Source: Candidatus Sumerlaeaceae bacterium
GTDB taxonomy: Bacteria > Sumerlaeota > Sumerlaeia > Sumerlaeales > Sumerlaeaceae
Assembly (NCBI GenBank): GCA_051003195.1
Contig: JBPCLP010000001.1
Span: forward strand, 39,838-103,837
DNA length: 64,000 bases
Direction of reading: 5' to 3'
Made by a program: the position numbers and the translations under genes. Positions 10,103-21,295 of the stretch are shown piece after piece; position 1 is the first letter of the stretch; the number at the start of each line of letters is the position of its first letter. A model generated the notes under the pieces. It saw nothing but the letters and a program-made list of their open reading frames with translations, did not search any database and was not told the origin of the DNA.

Positions 10103-11977
10103 CTAAAGCAGGGGGGAAGCCACGCGTTTTACAGGAAGCACACGCTGCAATGAGGCCGGTCTATTACCTCTCAACCAGCGATTGCCCCAGAAACCGAGTG
10201 CGAAGAGCGCGAGCACTCCCGCTGCGGTTACGGCCCATCCCACATAATACGGGGAGGTATATCCCCGCGTGAGGTTTACGCGTGTCACCCCGGCTGGGAC
10301 TTTCATGGAAATGTAGCCGCGATCGGTCTCCAGTTCGACTTTCTGTCCGCCTGCTGTTTCAGCCTTCCAGAAGGGATAGAACGTTACGGGGAGCGTGAGA
10401 CGCCCCCCATTGTGCCCGCATTCCACCTGCGCGCTGCACGCCACCAGGCCAGGCTCCCTCTTCCATTCCAGCAGTCGACCATTGATCAACTGAGGCTGCT
10501 CGATAAAAAAGTTCTCAGCTTGTTCGATCGGATAGCCGCGCGGCATGTACTCAGCCAGCTCCGTGCAACCCTTGTCGCCGTACTTGTGCGCATACCCGGG
10601 CGTCAAAGTTTCCGAGATTACGTCCATTTTGAGTCGACGGATCGTATAGAAGTAGGGGACCTCTGCCACGAGAATTCCGCACAGGATAATCATTAGCCAA
10701 TCCCTTTGGCCGCGCAATCGTACAGTCAGGCTACGAAGGCAAAGCGCCAGGAGTGCCGCAGCGAAAATTGGCAGCACTGAAAGCAGGCGCCATGGAAACT
10801 GGAGGTAACAGAACTGCTCGGGTAGAATGGAAATAAGTGGTTCCGGCCAAACGAGAAAGAGAATCATTATCGGCATAACCACAAGTAGTCCATACTGCAG
10901 CCCCCGCTGGTAACGCAAAAGCGGCGCATTAGCGTTATGTCGGCGAAACAGCGCAAGGACGACAGCGCCAAACACCACCATGTATCCGAAACCCAGCTTG
11001 AACGACATCGTATCGTTTGGGTTCTGGTACGAAACGCCCCACCAACGCTCAGGTTCAGCCCCGAAGAGCTGCTCAAAATCGATGCTATGCGCAATCACCT
11101 TTTCCGGCGCGGCCCACATGTATACCGCATCAGAAGCCCAGACGTCTTTCAAATACGCCTGCTGCGGAACAACATACCACGCTGCGAGCGCGAGCCCCAG
11201 AAGCGCATAGACCCATAGTGCAACAGCAGTGCGCCAGCGCCACCGGAACAGCAGAGACACGAGCAACACCAGGGCCAGCATCGTAACAAAATACATGGTC
11301 ACGACGGTGTGGCTGGTCAGCGCGCCGGCAAGGCCGACAGCCATCCACCATCCGCGGCGGCCGATACGCAGCAACTCGAGCGCGCCATACAATGCAACCG
11401 GGTACCATGCGGTACCCCAGCTCTCAGCCAACGCCCCCCGAACGTAGATGTTTACGAAACGGTATGTCACTGTAATTGAAAGGATGGAAACCAGGGCTGC
11501 AATGGAGGGCCTGCGGCTGAGAGAATACCCGCAGGCATAAGTTCCGAGCGCCGACACCAGGGCGGACAAAAACAGGGCGGTGTTCAGTCCGAGCATCCGC
11601 TCATTAAACAGGATTCCCAGCAGCGCAGCGAGGCTATAGCTGAACGGCGGATAGAAAACGGGGAAGGCATATCCCGCGCCGCGTATGGTATCGGGCAACA
11701 GCATTGGCTGCCAGAAACCCAGGCGCATCTCCTCTTCATATTGCTGGGGTCGGATATAAACCGCAAAACTTTCATGCATAATCGCCATGTGCGTGCTGAG
11801 CTGCGGCCCGTACAGGTAGAGCACAGCCAGCAGTACGAGCGCAAGCCACCTTCCATGGATCGCGACTCGCCGCCTCAACCGGAGGCGCCACAGGGCGTGG
11901 TTGGATTTTGTGGACCACGAGTCAGTCGATGTGTCCCGTGCTGAAGCCATCTGTGTTTTTGCAGAGCGTTTTGCCAA
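10103..11977 (-). CDS. Polytopic membrane protein, GT-C-like (PTPS-related/YfhO-like)
   Basis: GAGYAFPVFYPP, VRGALAE, LQFPWR, LPVTFYPFWKA; many TM helices. Confidence 0.75.
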   Translation of the reverse strand: MAKRSAKTQMASARDTSTDSWSTKSNHALWRLRLRRRVAIHGRWLALVLLAVLYLYGPQLSTHMAIMHESFAVYIRPQQYEEEMRLGFWQPMLLPDTIRGAGYAFPVFYPPFSYSLAALLGILFNERMLGLNTALFLSALVSALGTYACGYSLSRRPSIAALVSILSITVTYRFVNIYVRGALAESWGTAWYPVALYGALELLRIGRRGWWMAVGLAGALTSHTVVTMYFVTMLALVLLVSLLFRWRWRTAVALWVYALLGLALAAWYVVPQQAYLKDVWASDAVYMWAAPEKVIAHSIDFEQLFGAEPERWWGVSYQNPNDTMSFKLGFGYMVVFGAVVLALFRRHNANAPLLRYQRGLQYGLLVVMPIMILFLVWPEPLISILPEQFCYLQFPWRLLSVLPIFAAALLALCLRSLTVRLRGQRDWLMIILCGILVAEVPYFYTIRRLKMDVISETLTPGYAHKYGDKGCTELAEYMPRGYPIEQAENFFIEQPQLINGRLLEWKREPGLVACSAQVECGHNGGRLTLPVTFYPFWKAETAGGQKVELETDRGYISMKVPAGVTRVNLTRGYTSPYYVGWAVTAAGVLALFALGFWGNRWLRGNRPASLQRVLPVKRVASPLL

Positions 11978-12096
11978 GGCGAAGCACTACAGGCGTGTTC
12001 GAGATACTTCGCTCAACACTTTTCGCCCCGATCTTCTTTGAAACACATGTGAAATTAAACCTGCATCCGCGTACGCAGCAGTATGAGACGGAATTT

Positions 12097-13938
12097 CTAC
12101 CGACCGCTTCCAGTTCCGGGCTGCTCGCCGCCGGGAATGCGTTTAACGGCATACACGTCGGCTTCCGGGAATCTCCGCGGCTCGCCTAAACCTAACGTGC
12201 TTTTCAAAAACTCATAAAGCCGGGTTCCAGGTCCGTACTCCGGCGGCAGGACGATCCAGGCTATTTTCGCGCGCGTGCAAAAGTCCACGACCTGGGTGGA
12301 GTCCGGCAACGTATCGACCGCTTTGTCCTTCTGGAGCGCGAGCAGTGTGTTGAACATCAGATCGTTGCTGATCTTTTCCACGACGTCCTGCGGAATCCTT
12401 GATACATACGCGCACAGCAGTGGCTTGTGATGGACGCGTTGATCGATGAGCTGCTGTGTCTGGAGCATGCCTCCATTGTAACCGACGCCGGAACCGATGC
12501 CAACCGGGAACAGCAGCACGGTGCCTTGCTGCTTTGCCAGGAAATCACAGTAGGATGGCACTGGCGAAACCTTCAGCACGGGCGAAGGGGCAAACCAGAA
12601 ATCTAACACCAGCAGCGGAGCAATCATAACGGGAACGAATCGACTCCAACGTGTGCGGGTGGATTGGAGTGCGTCGCATCCCACGGCTACCAGGTATGCT
12701 ATGCACGCATGCGCGCCCAATGCAAAGCGCGCCGGGACGCGTACCTGGTCCAGCAGCGGCAAGTCGGGCAGATAGCGACCCAACATGATCCATTTCCAAT
12801 GCGTCTGCGCAGGCGCGGAGTACCGGTTTCCCACCGACAGGTTCACGAAAACCGCCACGGCAATTACCCACGGCCATACGGGCCGGCTTCGACGCATCAC
12901 AGCTCCAATGACGGCCAGTAGGATACAAGCCCAGCCAAGGTAAGCGCCAGCTTCGCTGTATTGCCACGGGAAAACTCCTGCAGTGGGATTCAGTGCCTTT
13001 CCCCATAATCCGTGGAATACCGGCGGCACAAAGAAGTCCCGGGGTCCGCAAAAGGTCTCGCTTCCGGCCCATGGTTTCGTGGAGTAATCGTGTCCGGAAC
13101 GTGCCACCACGTATGCGCGTATCCACGGTAAAGCCAGTACCACAGAGACGCCTGCAGCGAGGAGAAGGTTTATCAACAATGGCTGCCATCGTAGCTTTAT
13201 CCCGCGTTCCACCATGAGACTGAGCAGGCAGACACAGCACAACAGCAACGTCGTGACGAAAATGGTAAGATCCGTAACGGCGGCCGCCCATACGCACACT
13301 CCCAGCGCGCCAGCGTTCAGCCAGTCGAATGGTCCGGCAAATGCGGTTCGCCTCAGAAACAGGAGCGCGAAGGGAATAAACTGGGTCTGGATCAGCGTGA
13401 GGTGCCCGGGCAAATGCGCAAAAACGAACGGGCTGAAAGCAAAAGCATAGCCGGCGAGAAACCCAGCCGCACGCGAAGTTTTTGCATCACGGCACAACAG
13501 GTAGAACCCAAGACCTGTCAGCGACATCGAGAGCAGTACCGATGCATTGTATGCCGCCGCAATTCCCAACGCGGCATTCACCGGCCACGCCACCAGGGCC
13601 AGCAGATAGCAGTTGGTGTGAAATATCAGGTGCGCACCGTAGGGCGCCAGTTGCATCTCGGTAAACCAGAGACTTACACCGGGCTGGGTCAGGCCATAGG
13701 GCACATACCAGAAATTCCACAGGAGAGCAAATGCATCGCCATTATCTCCCGGAATTTGATTTCTGAAGTCGGCGCAAAGCGGCCACGTCTGAAAGACCGC
13801 GATTGCCGCAAACAGCAAAAACGCAATAATCGCCTCAGCGAACGTACCAGAAATCCATTCGAAAAGCCTCGGGCGCAACGGACTGCGTGGAGGTACAGGC
13901 GTGTGGTCAGCCTCAACCGTGAAGGAGCTGGTATCCAA
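12097..13938 (-). CDS. Polytopic membrane protein, GT-C/YfhO-like glycosyltransferase
   Basis: GDNGDAFALLWNFW, AFAFSPF, YLGW, RVPARF; many TM helices. Confidence 0.7.
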   Translation of the reverse strand: MDTSSFTVEADHTPVPPRSPLRPRLFEWISGTFAEAIIAFLLFAAIAVFQTWPLCADFRNQIPGDNGDAFALLWNFWYVPYGLTQPGVSLWFTEMQLAPYGAHLIFHTNCYLLALVAWPVNAALGIAAAYNASVLLSMSLTGLGFYLLCRDAKTSRAAGFLAGYAFAFSPFVFAHLPGHLTLIQTQFIPFALLFLRRTAFAGPFDWLNAGALGVCVWAAAVTDLTIFVTTLLLCCVCLLSLMVERGIKLRWQPLLINLLLAAGVSVVLALPWIRAYVVARSGHDYSTKPWAGSETFCGPRDFFVPPVFHGLWGKALNPTAGVFPWQYSEAGAYLGWACILLAVIGAVMRRSRPVWPWVIAVAVFVNLSVGNRYSAPAQTHWKWIMLGRYLPDLPLLDQVRVPARFALGAHACIAYLVAVGCDALQSTRTRWSRFVPVMIAPLLVLDFWFAPSPVLKVSPVPSYCDFLAKQQGTVLLFPVGIGSGVGYNGGMLQTQQLIDQRVHHKPLLCAYVSRIPQDVVEKISNDLMFNTLLALQKDKAVDTLPDSTQVVDFCTRAKIAWIVLPPEYGPGTRLYEFLKSTLGLGEPRRFPEADVYAVKRIPGGEQPGTGSGR

Positions 13939-14029
13939 TGCGCGTCAACTGCGTGAAGCAGTGGATGCTGGCAAACGTTTTAGTGTGCAGTATCGACAGA
14001 ACCTACGCGCACCTAAACTCGAAGCGAGC

Positions 14030-14233
14030 TTAAACGATCATCCGCCAGGTAACGACGCCCAGTATGAACAAGATAACTCCCATGATGCGCAGGAGCCAAA
14101 TCATCATGCCATAGCTCACCTGTGGGGCGACTGTCATCGAGCGTTCCGCAAAACGCAGGACGGGCGCGGAAGCAGTTACAAGCAACAGGCCCGCGAACGC
14201 GATAAAAAGCCCGGCAACACTGTCGTAAGCCAT
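14030..14233 (-). CDS. Small two-TM membrane protein
   Basis: 67 aa, two hydrophobic segments, GAAGGAGG upstream on the minus strand. Confidence 0.6.
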   Translation of the reverse strand: MAYDSVAGLFIAFAGLLLVTASAPVLRFAERSMTVAPQVSYGMMIWLLRIMGVILFILGVVTWRMIV

Positions 14234-14743
14234 CGGTCGTGACCTCCTTCTGTAATCCTCGTTGAGTAACGCAGGCCGACTTCATATTGTACGACAACTA
14301 TCTGGGTCCCCAGTTCCACTTCTGACACGTTTGAGGCAAACAGAGCAGAAATACACATTCCATGCCAAACGACTGATTTAACTATCTTTAGATTCAATTC
14401 GAGCGGTGGATAATCTTATAAGCCGTGTATCTTCAATGCGCAGCCATTCGCTAAAATGCCCGGTATGGAACACAGGGGCTAAACACGATCCGGCAATGCT
14501 ACTGATGGTAATGTCTTCAGACAGGGCCTCGGGCGGTAATTCGCAGAAACGAACCTCGCTTTAGCACGCCGTTCAGCTAATATCAGTTCGTGAAGCCGAA
14601 GCGGAGTACCTGGGCTGCTTGCTTCTGCCTAATAGTCGACAACAGCTATATCAAAGAAAGCGCGGCCGGCATCGCTTACGTTTTGCAGGGAACAGAGCCG
14701 CATGCGCGTAACGCTGCGCGAAAGTTCTAACTTCGCACTTCGT

Positions 14744-15853
14744 TCATCCGCGCGGCGTATAGCCAGGGGTAGAAGCTGCGAGTGCGACCGGTGCGCTGCC
14801 TGCAGCGTCAGCCGCAGCACCGTAATCCTCCCACGATGCCGGCGGTCCGTCCAGTCGTTCGAGAACGCGCTGCGCCAACAGTCGCATGAGTGCGGCATCG
14901 TCGTTCGGACATGGCAGGTACAGCATATCGTCCCATTGGAATTCTCCAAGTTGCTGCCGTCCCTCCAGCTGTGTTTCTCCATTGTCCGCGACAAACCCGA
15001 ACGGGAGGTAGACTACCTTTCGAATGCCGCTTGCCTGGCTCTCCTTCGCCGCCTCTGTCACCGCCGGGAAAGTCCAGGTTCCGCCGAGCACATGATTTAA
15101 CCAGCCGATCCGCACCGAACGGAACTTTGGTTTCAGGTGTTTACGTATCAGTCCAAAAAGGTAGCGAGTCTCACGCGCACCGGATTCGATGTGCCGTGGC
15201 AGACGGATGATCGTGCCATGCGCGCCGAGGATCAGAACGGACTCACGCGTCTTCGTTTCGCTCCAACCGGAGCGTTCGCAATGCGACCATATGTAGTCCG
15301 CAAGCAGTTTGCCGGCGCGTTCGTCGTAGCCGAACCGCTCGACGTAGCGCGGGGCCGGCAGCGGGTTGCGGCGGCCAGGCGTTGCGACGAACTTCCGCAG
15401 GTCGGCCTTGCTTACGCCGGACGTAAAATTGCTGTCGGCCACGTACAGCGGCAGGATTACCAGCTCATCAGGCGGGTCCACGAGCAGGCTTTTCAACACG
15501 GTCCAGATATACGGCTTCCGAAATTCCAGCACCAGCCGAACGTTAAATTCTACATCTGGTTGTGCAGCGTTCAGCTCTCGCTGTATGGCGGCGACTTGCC
15601 TGCGGCTTATATCCTCCAGCGGCGAATGGTAGTTCTCCGCATGAAACATTTTGCTGCGGAAGCGTCCCCGTTTTGCCGCGATGATCGGCATGACGTAGAG
15701 CGGGATAGGCGCTACCCGGCGCGTGAGACGATTCAGGATGCTTAAGGAATAACAGGCCTGCGTCCACCAGCCATTAGTCGGCGGCTCCCCATACGTGAGA
15801 CATAGTACCTCAACGCGCTTCTTCCCCGCTCGTGCGCTGTTACTGGTGTTCAT
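14744..15853 (-). CDS. hemH: Ferrochelatase
   Basis: LTYGEP, ILPLY, LGAHG, PFGFVADNGET, PCPND; last gene of the heme operon. Confidence 0.85.
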   Translation of the reverse strand: MNTSNSARAGKKRVEVLCLTYGEPPTNGWWTQACYSLSILNRLTRRVAPIPLYVMPIIAAKRGRFRSKMFHAENYHSPLEDISRRQVAAIQRELNAAQPDVEFNVRLVLEFRKPYIWTVLKSLLVDPPDELVILPLYVADSNFTSGVSKADLRKFVATPGRRNPLPAPRYVERFGYDERAGKLLADYIWSHCERSGWSETKTRESVLILGAHGTIIRLPRHIESGARETRYLFGLIRKHLKPKFRSVRIGWLNHVLGGTWTFPAVTEAAKESQASGIRKVVYLPFGFVADNGETQLEGRQQLGEFQWDDMLYLPCPNDDAALMRLLAQRVLERLDGPPASWEDYGAAADAAGSAPVALAASTPGYTPRG

Positions 15854-17259
15854 GGGACCAGTGGTTTCTCGTGCTGCGCAAACTGGGTGAGAAGCTGGCG
15901 CGCCGCGTCATTGCCCCGCACGATGCAATCCGGAATCGAAACTCCACCCGTATAATTACCAAGAAGCTTAATGGTGTCCGGCAGTGCCTGGGCTGCATGT
16001 TTCATACGCGCTACGTGTCCGACGCGAAAAATGGGAATCGCCTGTGGCAATCGCGTGACTTGAAACAGCACAGTCGAATCGTCTCGAAGTCCCATCGTCG
16101 TTTTTAGATCCGCAAGCACCTGCGCGCGCAAAGCAGCGTCATCGAGTCTGACCGCATCAGGGTCGATGTCGCCGCCATAAAAGCATGTCAGCAGGCGATG
16201 TCCCGCAGGCGCACGACCGCTGAAAATGCGGTCGCTCCAGATCATGCCAAGCGCGCGCACACCCTCGTTGCGAACCGTAAGAAATCCAAAACCGGATCGG
16301 CTTTCACGTAGCTGACCAGATCGCAGCCCTACGTGAACCACCACGACCGGAGCGTACGCGGTTGCTTGAATTATTTCGGTCGCGGAACTCGACACGTCGC
16401 GCAGAAGGGCTGCGCACGCCGATGACGGCTGTGTCAGTACGAGTTGCTCGCACTCAATAGACGACTCGTTGCCGAGCATGAGATTCCATCCCGTGTCCTC
16501 CGTCGCCGTAGCACGCAATCCAGTTACCTTGTTGTTCAACAGCAATGCCCCGCCGGCTGCCACGAAACTCTCGCGCAGTTTCTCGCTCAGCGCTGCAAGC
16601 CCGCCACGAAAGGAGACAAGCGATCGGGGGACCGCGCCGTTGTTCGTGGCGGCTGCCTTAACGGCCTTTATGGCGCGAACCGCGTCGATCAGCCGCTCGG
16701 TTCGGCAAAGTGTGGGAAATATTTCAGGCAACGTAGCTTCAAGGCTTATCCGATCCGCATCCGCCGCAAAAATACCGGCAATGCCTGGTTTCACCAGTAC
16801 ATCCACCGCGCCGTCGCCCACGCGCTGCCGGCAGAACGCTCCCAGTTCCATGTCCGCAGACGGCGCCGGAAATCGGGCTACAAAGCCATGCAGCACGTCG
16901 TACTTCTCGCGGAATGAAAGAAGCCGCGAGGTAATCAGTTGCGCCGGTCCTGTGGGTACTCGCCGCAGTTTCCCCCTCCGCCAGATGTAGCGGTCGTGCT
17001 TTGCGATGGGCTGTATTTCTGCCTCGTCCAGCAGACCGAGCTCTTCCAATAGCGCGAGCGCGTCAGGACTCGACGAGAAACTGTTCGGCCCGTACTCCAG
17101 CAGAAAGCCATCCACTTCACCCGTGCGAATAACGCCACCTACATTGTGGCTGCTTTCTACAAGCGCGGTTCGCATACCACCACCCGCCAGCCGATACGCG
17201 CACACAAGACCGCTGATTCCGGCGCCGACCACAACCACCTGGAATTGCGGTGTCTGCAC
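15850..17259 (-). CDS. hemY: Protoporphyrinogen oxidase (HemY type)
   Basis: VVVVGAGISGL, GGVIRT, EYGPNSF, GFGFL, GNYTGGVSIPDCI; heme operon context. Confidence 0.92.
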   Translation of the reverse strand: MQTPQFQVVVVGAGISGLVCAYRLAGGGMRTALVESSHNVGGVIRTGEVDGFLLEYGPNSFSSSPDALALLEELGLLDEAEIQPIAKHDRYIWRRGKLRRVPTGPAQLITSRLLSFREKYDVLHGFVARFPAPSADMELGAFCRQRVGDGAVDVLVKPGIAGIFAADADRISLEATLPEIFPTLCRTERLIDAVRAIKAVKAAATNNGAVPRSLVSFRGGLAALSEKLRESFVAAGGALLLNNKVTGLRATATEDTGWNLMLGNESSIECEQLVLTQPSSACAALLRDVSSSATEIIQATAYAPVVVVHVGLRSGQLRESRSGFGFLTVRNEGVRALGMIWSDRIFSGRAPAGHRLLTCFYGGDIDPDAVRLDDAALRAQVLADLKTTMGLRDDSTVLFQVTRLPQAIPIFRVGHVARMKHAAQALPDTIKLLGNYTGGVSIPDCIVRGNDAARQLLTQFAQHEKPLVP

Positions 17260-18641
17260 TACACAGCCCGGGAAAAGAGTAGAGCGTCGCTCGATGATTT
17301 GAGATACGCATCAAATACAACAGCGATATTCCGCAGGAACAGGCGACCTTTATGCGTGACGCGCAGCGCATCGGGATCGAGCTGTATGAGCCCATCATCG
17401 ACAAGCGGATGCAACCGTGCGGTTTCCACCTGCACGAGTTCCGAAATCTCGCTACCGCGCGCGCCGTCGTAGCGAAGCACGCCGTTGCACATCAGCTCCT
17501 CGATGATGAACCGCCGCAGTTCATCGTCAGCACTGCGAATCAACCCGCGTTCAACCGGCAGCAAACCTTCGGCAATCATCGAATTGTACTGCGAAAGTTT
17601 TTTAACGTTCTGCACGAACGCGCCCTCAAAATCGCTGATCGCCGATGTGCCGAATCCCAGCAGGTTCGTCCCGCGAAGCGTGGTGTAGCCCATGAAATTA
17701 CGACGCAGCGTACCGGCCTGTTGTGCCTGCGTCAGCGAGTCGCCGGCTAACGCATAGTGATCCATGCCGATAAAACTCCAACCTTCCGCGGTCAGCCGCT
17801 CATGTGCTTCGATAAACATTTCGAGCTTAAGCGGTGCGCCAGGCATTTCATGTTCATCCAGCACGCGCTGATGCGGCAATTTCCCTGGAAGAAACGCAAA
17901 GTTATACAGGGCTATGCGGTCCGGTCGCAATTCGCGCACACGATCAAGGCTGGCGCTCCAGCTTTCCGCAGTCTGACGCGGCAGACCGTAAATCAGGTCG
18001 ATATTGACGCTCTTGAACCCCGCGTCGCGCGCGGCAGCAACATTGGCAAACGTGCATTCCAGTGTCTGTTCGCGACCAATCGCGTGCTGCGTTTCCTCAT
18101 GAAAGTCCTGCACGCCGAAACTGATCCGGCGAAAGCCGCTCACCTGCGCAAGCTGGCGGATTTCCTCTGGAGTTGCGACGCGAGGGTCCACTTCGATGCT
18201 CCGCTCCGCCGATTCACTGAATGTAAAAGCTCCCGAAACGATCGCGTTCAGCCGCGACATCTCATCGCTCGTCAGGTAATTTGGCGTGCCACCACCGAGA
18301 TGGAGCTGGATGACTTTCCCTGCACCCCGCCACAGTTCGCGCACCAGCTGTACTTCCCGCTCCAACCTGTTAAGATAGTCCCCGGCGACGCCCTCTTTCG
18401 TCGTGATGATAACGTTGCACCCGCAAAACAGGCATCGTTTACCGCAGAATGGGATGTGCACGTACAGTGACAGGTCGCGGTCATTTTCGGAGCGCTGCCG
18501 CAGATGATCCGCCCACTCCGCCGGCCCCACTGCCGTTGTCCAGCAGGGCGCCGTGGGATAACTGGTGTAGCGCGGGATGCGCTGGTCATAGGCGCGTATG
18601 GATTCCGCAGAAATTCCCAATGACGCAAGCGACTGCGTCAC
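17259..18641 (-). CDS. hemN: Oxygen-independent coproporphyrinogen III oxidase (radical SAM)
   Basis: PRYTSYPTA, YVHIPFCGKRCLFCGC, GGGTP, IGMDHYA, RNFMGY. Confidence 0.95.
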   Translation of the reverse strand: MTQSLASLGISAESIRAYDQRIPRYTSYPTAPCWTTAVGPAEWADHLRQRSENDRDLSLYVHIPFCGKRCLFCGCNVIITTKEGVAGDYLNRLEREVQLVRELWRGAGKVIQLHLGGGTPNYLTSDEMSRLNAIVSGAFTFSESAERSIEVDPRVATPEEIRQLAQVSGFRRISFGVQDFHEETQHAIGREQTLECTFANVAAARDAGFKSVNIDLIYGLPRQTAESWSASLDRVRELRPDRIALYNFAFLPGKLPHQRVLDEHEMPGAPLKLEMFIEAHERLTAEGWSFIGMDHYALAGDSLTQAQQAGTLRRNFMGYTTLRGTNLLGFGTSAISDFEGAFVQNVKKLSQYNSMIAEGLLPVERGLIRSADDELRRFIIEELMCNGVLRYDGARGSEISELVQVETARLHPLVDDGLIQLDPDALRVTHKGRLFLRNIAVVFDAYLKSSSDALLFSRAV

Positions 18642-19687
18642 GGCTGCTCACCCAGCGCGTGAATCGCGGCGACGAACCGCCGCGCGGCATCCACCCTGGC
18701 CTGCGGGATAATACCGTGCCCAAGGTTCGCCACAAATCCGCGCCGCCAGTCGAAACCGTCCACCATCGCCGTCACCGCCTTCTCAACCGCGTCGGGCACC
18801 ATCAGCACACCGGGATCCAGGTTGCCCTGCAGCGCCACTGCATCGCCGATCTGCTGCCGCGCATCGGCCAGCGAGTGCGTCCAGTCGATGCTCACCACAT
18901 CGGCGCCGCTCTGCGCCATAAGGGGTAGAACTGCGGCACTGCCTTTGGCGTATAGCGTGACCGGGATTTCAGGACATGCTGCCTTTACACGCGCGATCAG
19001 TTTACGCTGATATGCTGCCGCAAACTCCTCGTACTCGGCGGGCCCAATGGTACAGGCCTGGCTTTCAAAAATCTGCACACCGTCTGCGCCACCCTGCTCG
19101 ATTTGCGCGACGAGGTAATTTGCTGCGGTCGCTGTCGTGCGCTCCAGCATTTCGTGCAACAGCGCAGGTTCGCTGAAAAGCAGTTTCTTGATAGTTTGCT
19201 GATTACGGCTCATCTTGCCTTCAACCGCGTACGAGACCAGCGTGAAAGGCGCGCCCGCAAAACCAATGACCGGCACCTGGTCGCCTGCTGCTTCCTTCAC
19301 CCTGCGAATGCAGGCAGCTACGGCAGGAACATCGAACCTCGCTGCGCGGAAACGCTCCAGGTCGTGTTCAGATCGCAGAGGGTTCGAAATCACAGGGCCG
19401 CTATCGGGGAAATCGACCTGCAATCCCATGGCCTCCAGCGGGATTAGAATATCGTTAAAAACAATCAGCACATCCACATCCAGCGTGCGCAGAGGGAGAA
19501 CCGAAGCTGCAGCGCATGCATCGGGATTCGTACACAACTCCCGAAAAGTAAAACGCTCGCGCAGAGCCAGGTATTGTGGATCGTAACGCCCGGCCTGGCG
19601 CATAATCCACGCAGGCGGGCAGTCCACCTCTTGGCCGCGCACGGCGAGCAGGTAGCGCTCTTTCTTGCTGGTCGACGACAATTTCAC
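18638..19687 (-). CDS. hemE: Uroporphyrinogen decarboxylase
   Basis: PAWIMRQAGRY, FNDILIP, IGFAGAPFT, LQGNLDP, ANLGHG; exact start uncertain. Confidence 0.95.
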   Translation of the reverse strand: MKLSSTSKKERYLLAVRGQEVDCPPAWIMRQAGRYDPQYLALRERFTFRELCTNPDACAAASVLPLRTLDVDVLIVFNDILIPLEAMGLQVDFPDSGPVISNPLRSEHDLERFRAARFDVPAVAACIRRVKEAAGDQVPVIGFAGAPFTLVSYAVEGKMSRNQQTIKKLLFSEPALLHEMLERTTATAANYLVAQIEQGGADGVQIFESQACTIGPAEYEEFAAAYQRKLIARVKAACPEIPVTLYAKGSAAVLPLMAQSGADVVSIDWTHSLADARQQIGDAVALQGNLDPGVLMVPDAVEKAVTAMVDGFDWRRGFVANLGHGIIPQARVDAARRFVAAIHALGEQP

Positions 19688-19801
19688 TCGCGGCGGGCTG
19701 CCTTTGCTGTTCTTGAGCAAGAAAACGGATGCTCCGCGTCCCACCCGTTAATGTGTACCGCGCCGCGACTGCGCTATTGCCAGTAAATGCGTTACACTAT
19801 C

Positions 19802-20122
19802 TCAGGCGTTAAAGGTCGGCAGGCAGGCTGGCTCGGGGCCTTGCGACAGCTCAACAAAAAAAGAGCGGCGCATGTGATCTCCGACGATCTGCGACACGCG
19901 AAACGGTCCGGCTTCCATCCCCATGATACGCAACTTGGCGGTCTTTACGAGTTGCTCAAGTTCGGTGATCTCGCAAGGATCTTCGGAAGAGCACTCGACC
20001 GTCACTTCAACTTTTCCATCGTGAAGTGTTGCGTGTGCATTATAGCCGATCATTTCCCAACTCATCTGGGTCACGAGGTCGTTGATCCGCTTAAGATCGT
20101 ATTCTTTTAATGGCAGAGGCAT
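19802..20122 (-). CDS. Hypothetical protein
   Basis: ATG at 20122 with GGAAAGGA upstream; 106 aa. Confidence 0.55.
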   Translation of the reverse strand: MPLPLKEYDLKRINDLVTQMSWEMIGYNAHATLHDGKVEVTVECSSEDPCEITELEQLVKTAKLRIMGMEAGPFRVSQIVGDHMRRSFFVELSQGPEPACLPTFNA

Positions 20123-20218
20123 GGATGTGATTCCTTTCCGGCCTACAAGAAAGCGCAGGCGGAATAGCAAATGCACGAAAAATCCGACCAAACCGAGGCT
20201 GCCTTAAATCATACGCAA

Positions 20219-20647
20219 TCAGCTCTTAAGCGTTGCCTGGAGATGAATGTCGGTACCTGCGAGCGCTTTGCTCACGGGGCAGCCCTTCTTTGCTCCTTCG
20301 GCAAGCTCCTGGAACTTTGCTTCTTCAATGCCCGGTACTTCGGCGTCGCACTTCAGCTCGATTCGCGTGATACTGAAACCATCGCCTGTTTTTTCGAGAT
20401 GCGCGGTCGCAGTCGTATGCACCCGTGCAGGGGAAAACCCAGCCTTTTCCAGGCCGGCAGAAAACGCCATTGAGTAGCACCCTGCATGCGCCGCCGCGAT
20501 GAGTTCCTCGGGATTCGTTCCTTTGCCTTCTTCGAAGCGCGATGGAAATGAATAGCTGCCCTCAAAGGCGCCACTGCCCAGTTTCATGGTTCCGGCACCC
20601 TCTTTCAAGCCGCCCTTCCATTCCGCTTCCGATGTTCTTGCAGCCAT
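20219..20647 (-). CDS. osmC: OsmC family peroxiredoxin
   Basis: GTNPEELIAAAHAGCYSMA and AKKGCPVSKAL. Confidence 0.95.
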   Translation of the reverse strand: MAARTSEAEWKGGLKEGAGTMKLGSGAFEGSYSFPSRFEEGKGTNPEELIAAAHAGCYSMAFSAGLEKAGFSPARVHTTATAHLEKTGDGFSITRIELKCDAEVPGIEEAKFQELAEGAKKGCPVSKALAGTDIHLQATLKS

Positions 20648-20745
20648 GGCCTTGTCCTTTTATTCTTGGTTTTAACCCAGTGGCGAGACGCGTAAGCAGT
20701 GCTTACAAGAGCAAACCGCTTAGTGTGGCACGGAGGATATCGCAT

Positions 20746-21279
20746 ATGAGAATGGAAACATTGCGCATCGGGATGAAGGTACAGCACACCAGCTTCGGCG
20801 CCGGCATAGTTCGCGGCATTGCGGAGACGGGTGCCGAGATTGACTTCGGCGAAGCGCGCCGCACGATTTCCGCGGCCGATTCGGCGCTGCACCCGGGCGA
20901 GCCGATGGTGAGCGTCGCTGGCCTGGATGTGCCGCTGCCTGAGTTTCTGCGCCAGACCGCACAATCCGTATTACGCCAGCTGGGTATTGAGTCCATGAGT
21001 GACGAGATCGTGGATGGACTGGCCAGGCGCTGGCGCGGTGGCAAACTTGTGATGCAGTCTACCGATGGGACCACGCAGCCGAAAGAAGTGGATATCGAGA
21101 CGTTCTTTCACAAGATCGTCATGATGCGCAACAACCTGCGTGTGCTCGAGCAGAAGCTAAATGCGCATACCGGTTTAAGCGAAGCCGAGAAGATTGAGCT
21201 GCAGCAATACATCACGCGGTGCTATGGCAGTATGACAACGTTCAATGTGCTCTTTAAAGACAAGGAAGATCAGTTCTGA
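20746..21279 (+). CDS. Conserved hypothetical protein
   Basis: GGAGG RBS; VQHTSFGAG N-terminus; FFHKIVMMRNNLRVLEQK...YITRCYGSMTTFNVLF C-terminus. Confidence 0.75.
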   Translation: MRMETLRIGMKVQHTSFGAGIVRGIAETGAEIDFGEARRTISAADSALHPGEPMVSVAGLDVPLPEFLRQTAQSVLRQLGIESMSDEIVDGLARRWRGGKLVMQSTDGTTQPKEVDIETFFHKIVMMRNNLRVLEQKLNAHTGLSEAEKIELQQYITRCYGSMTTFNVLFKDKEDQF

Positions 21280-21295
21280 AGACGCTGACCGGCAG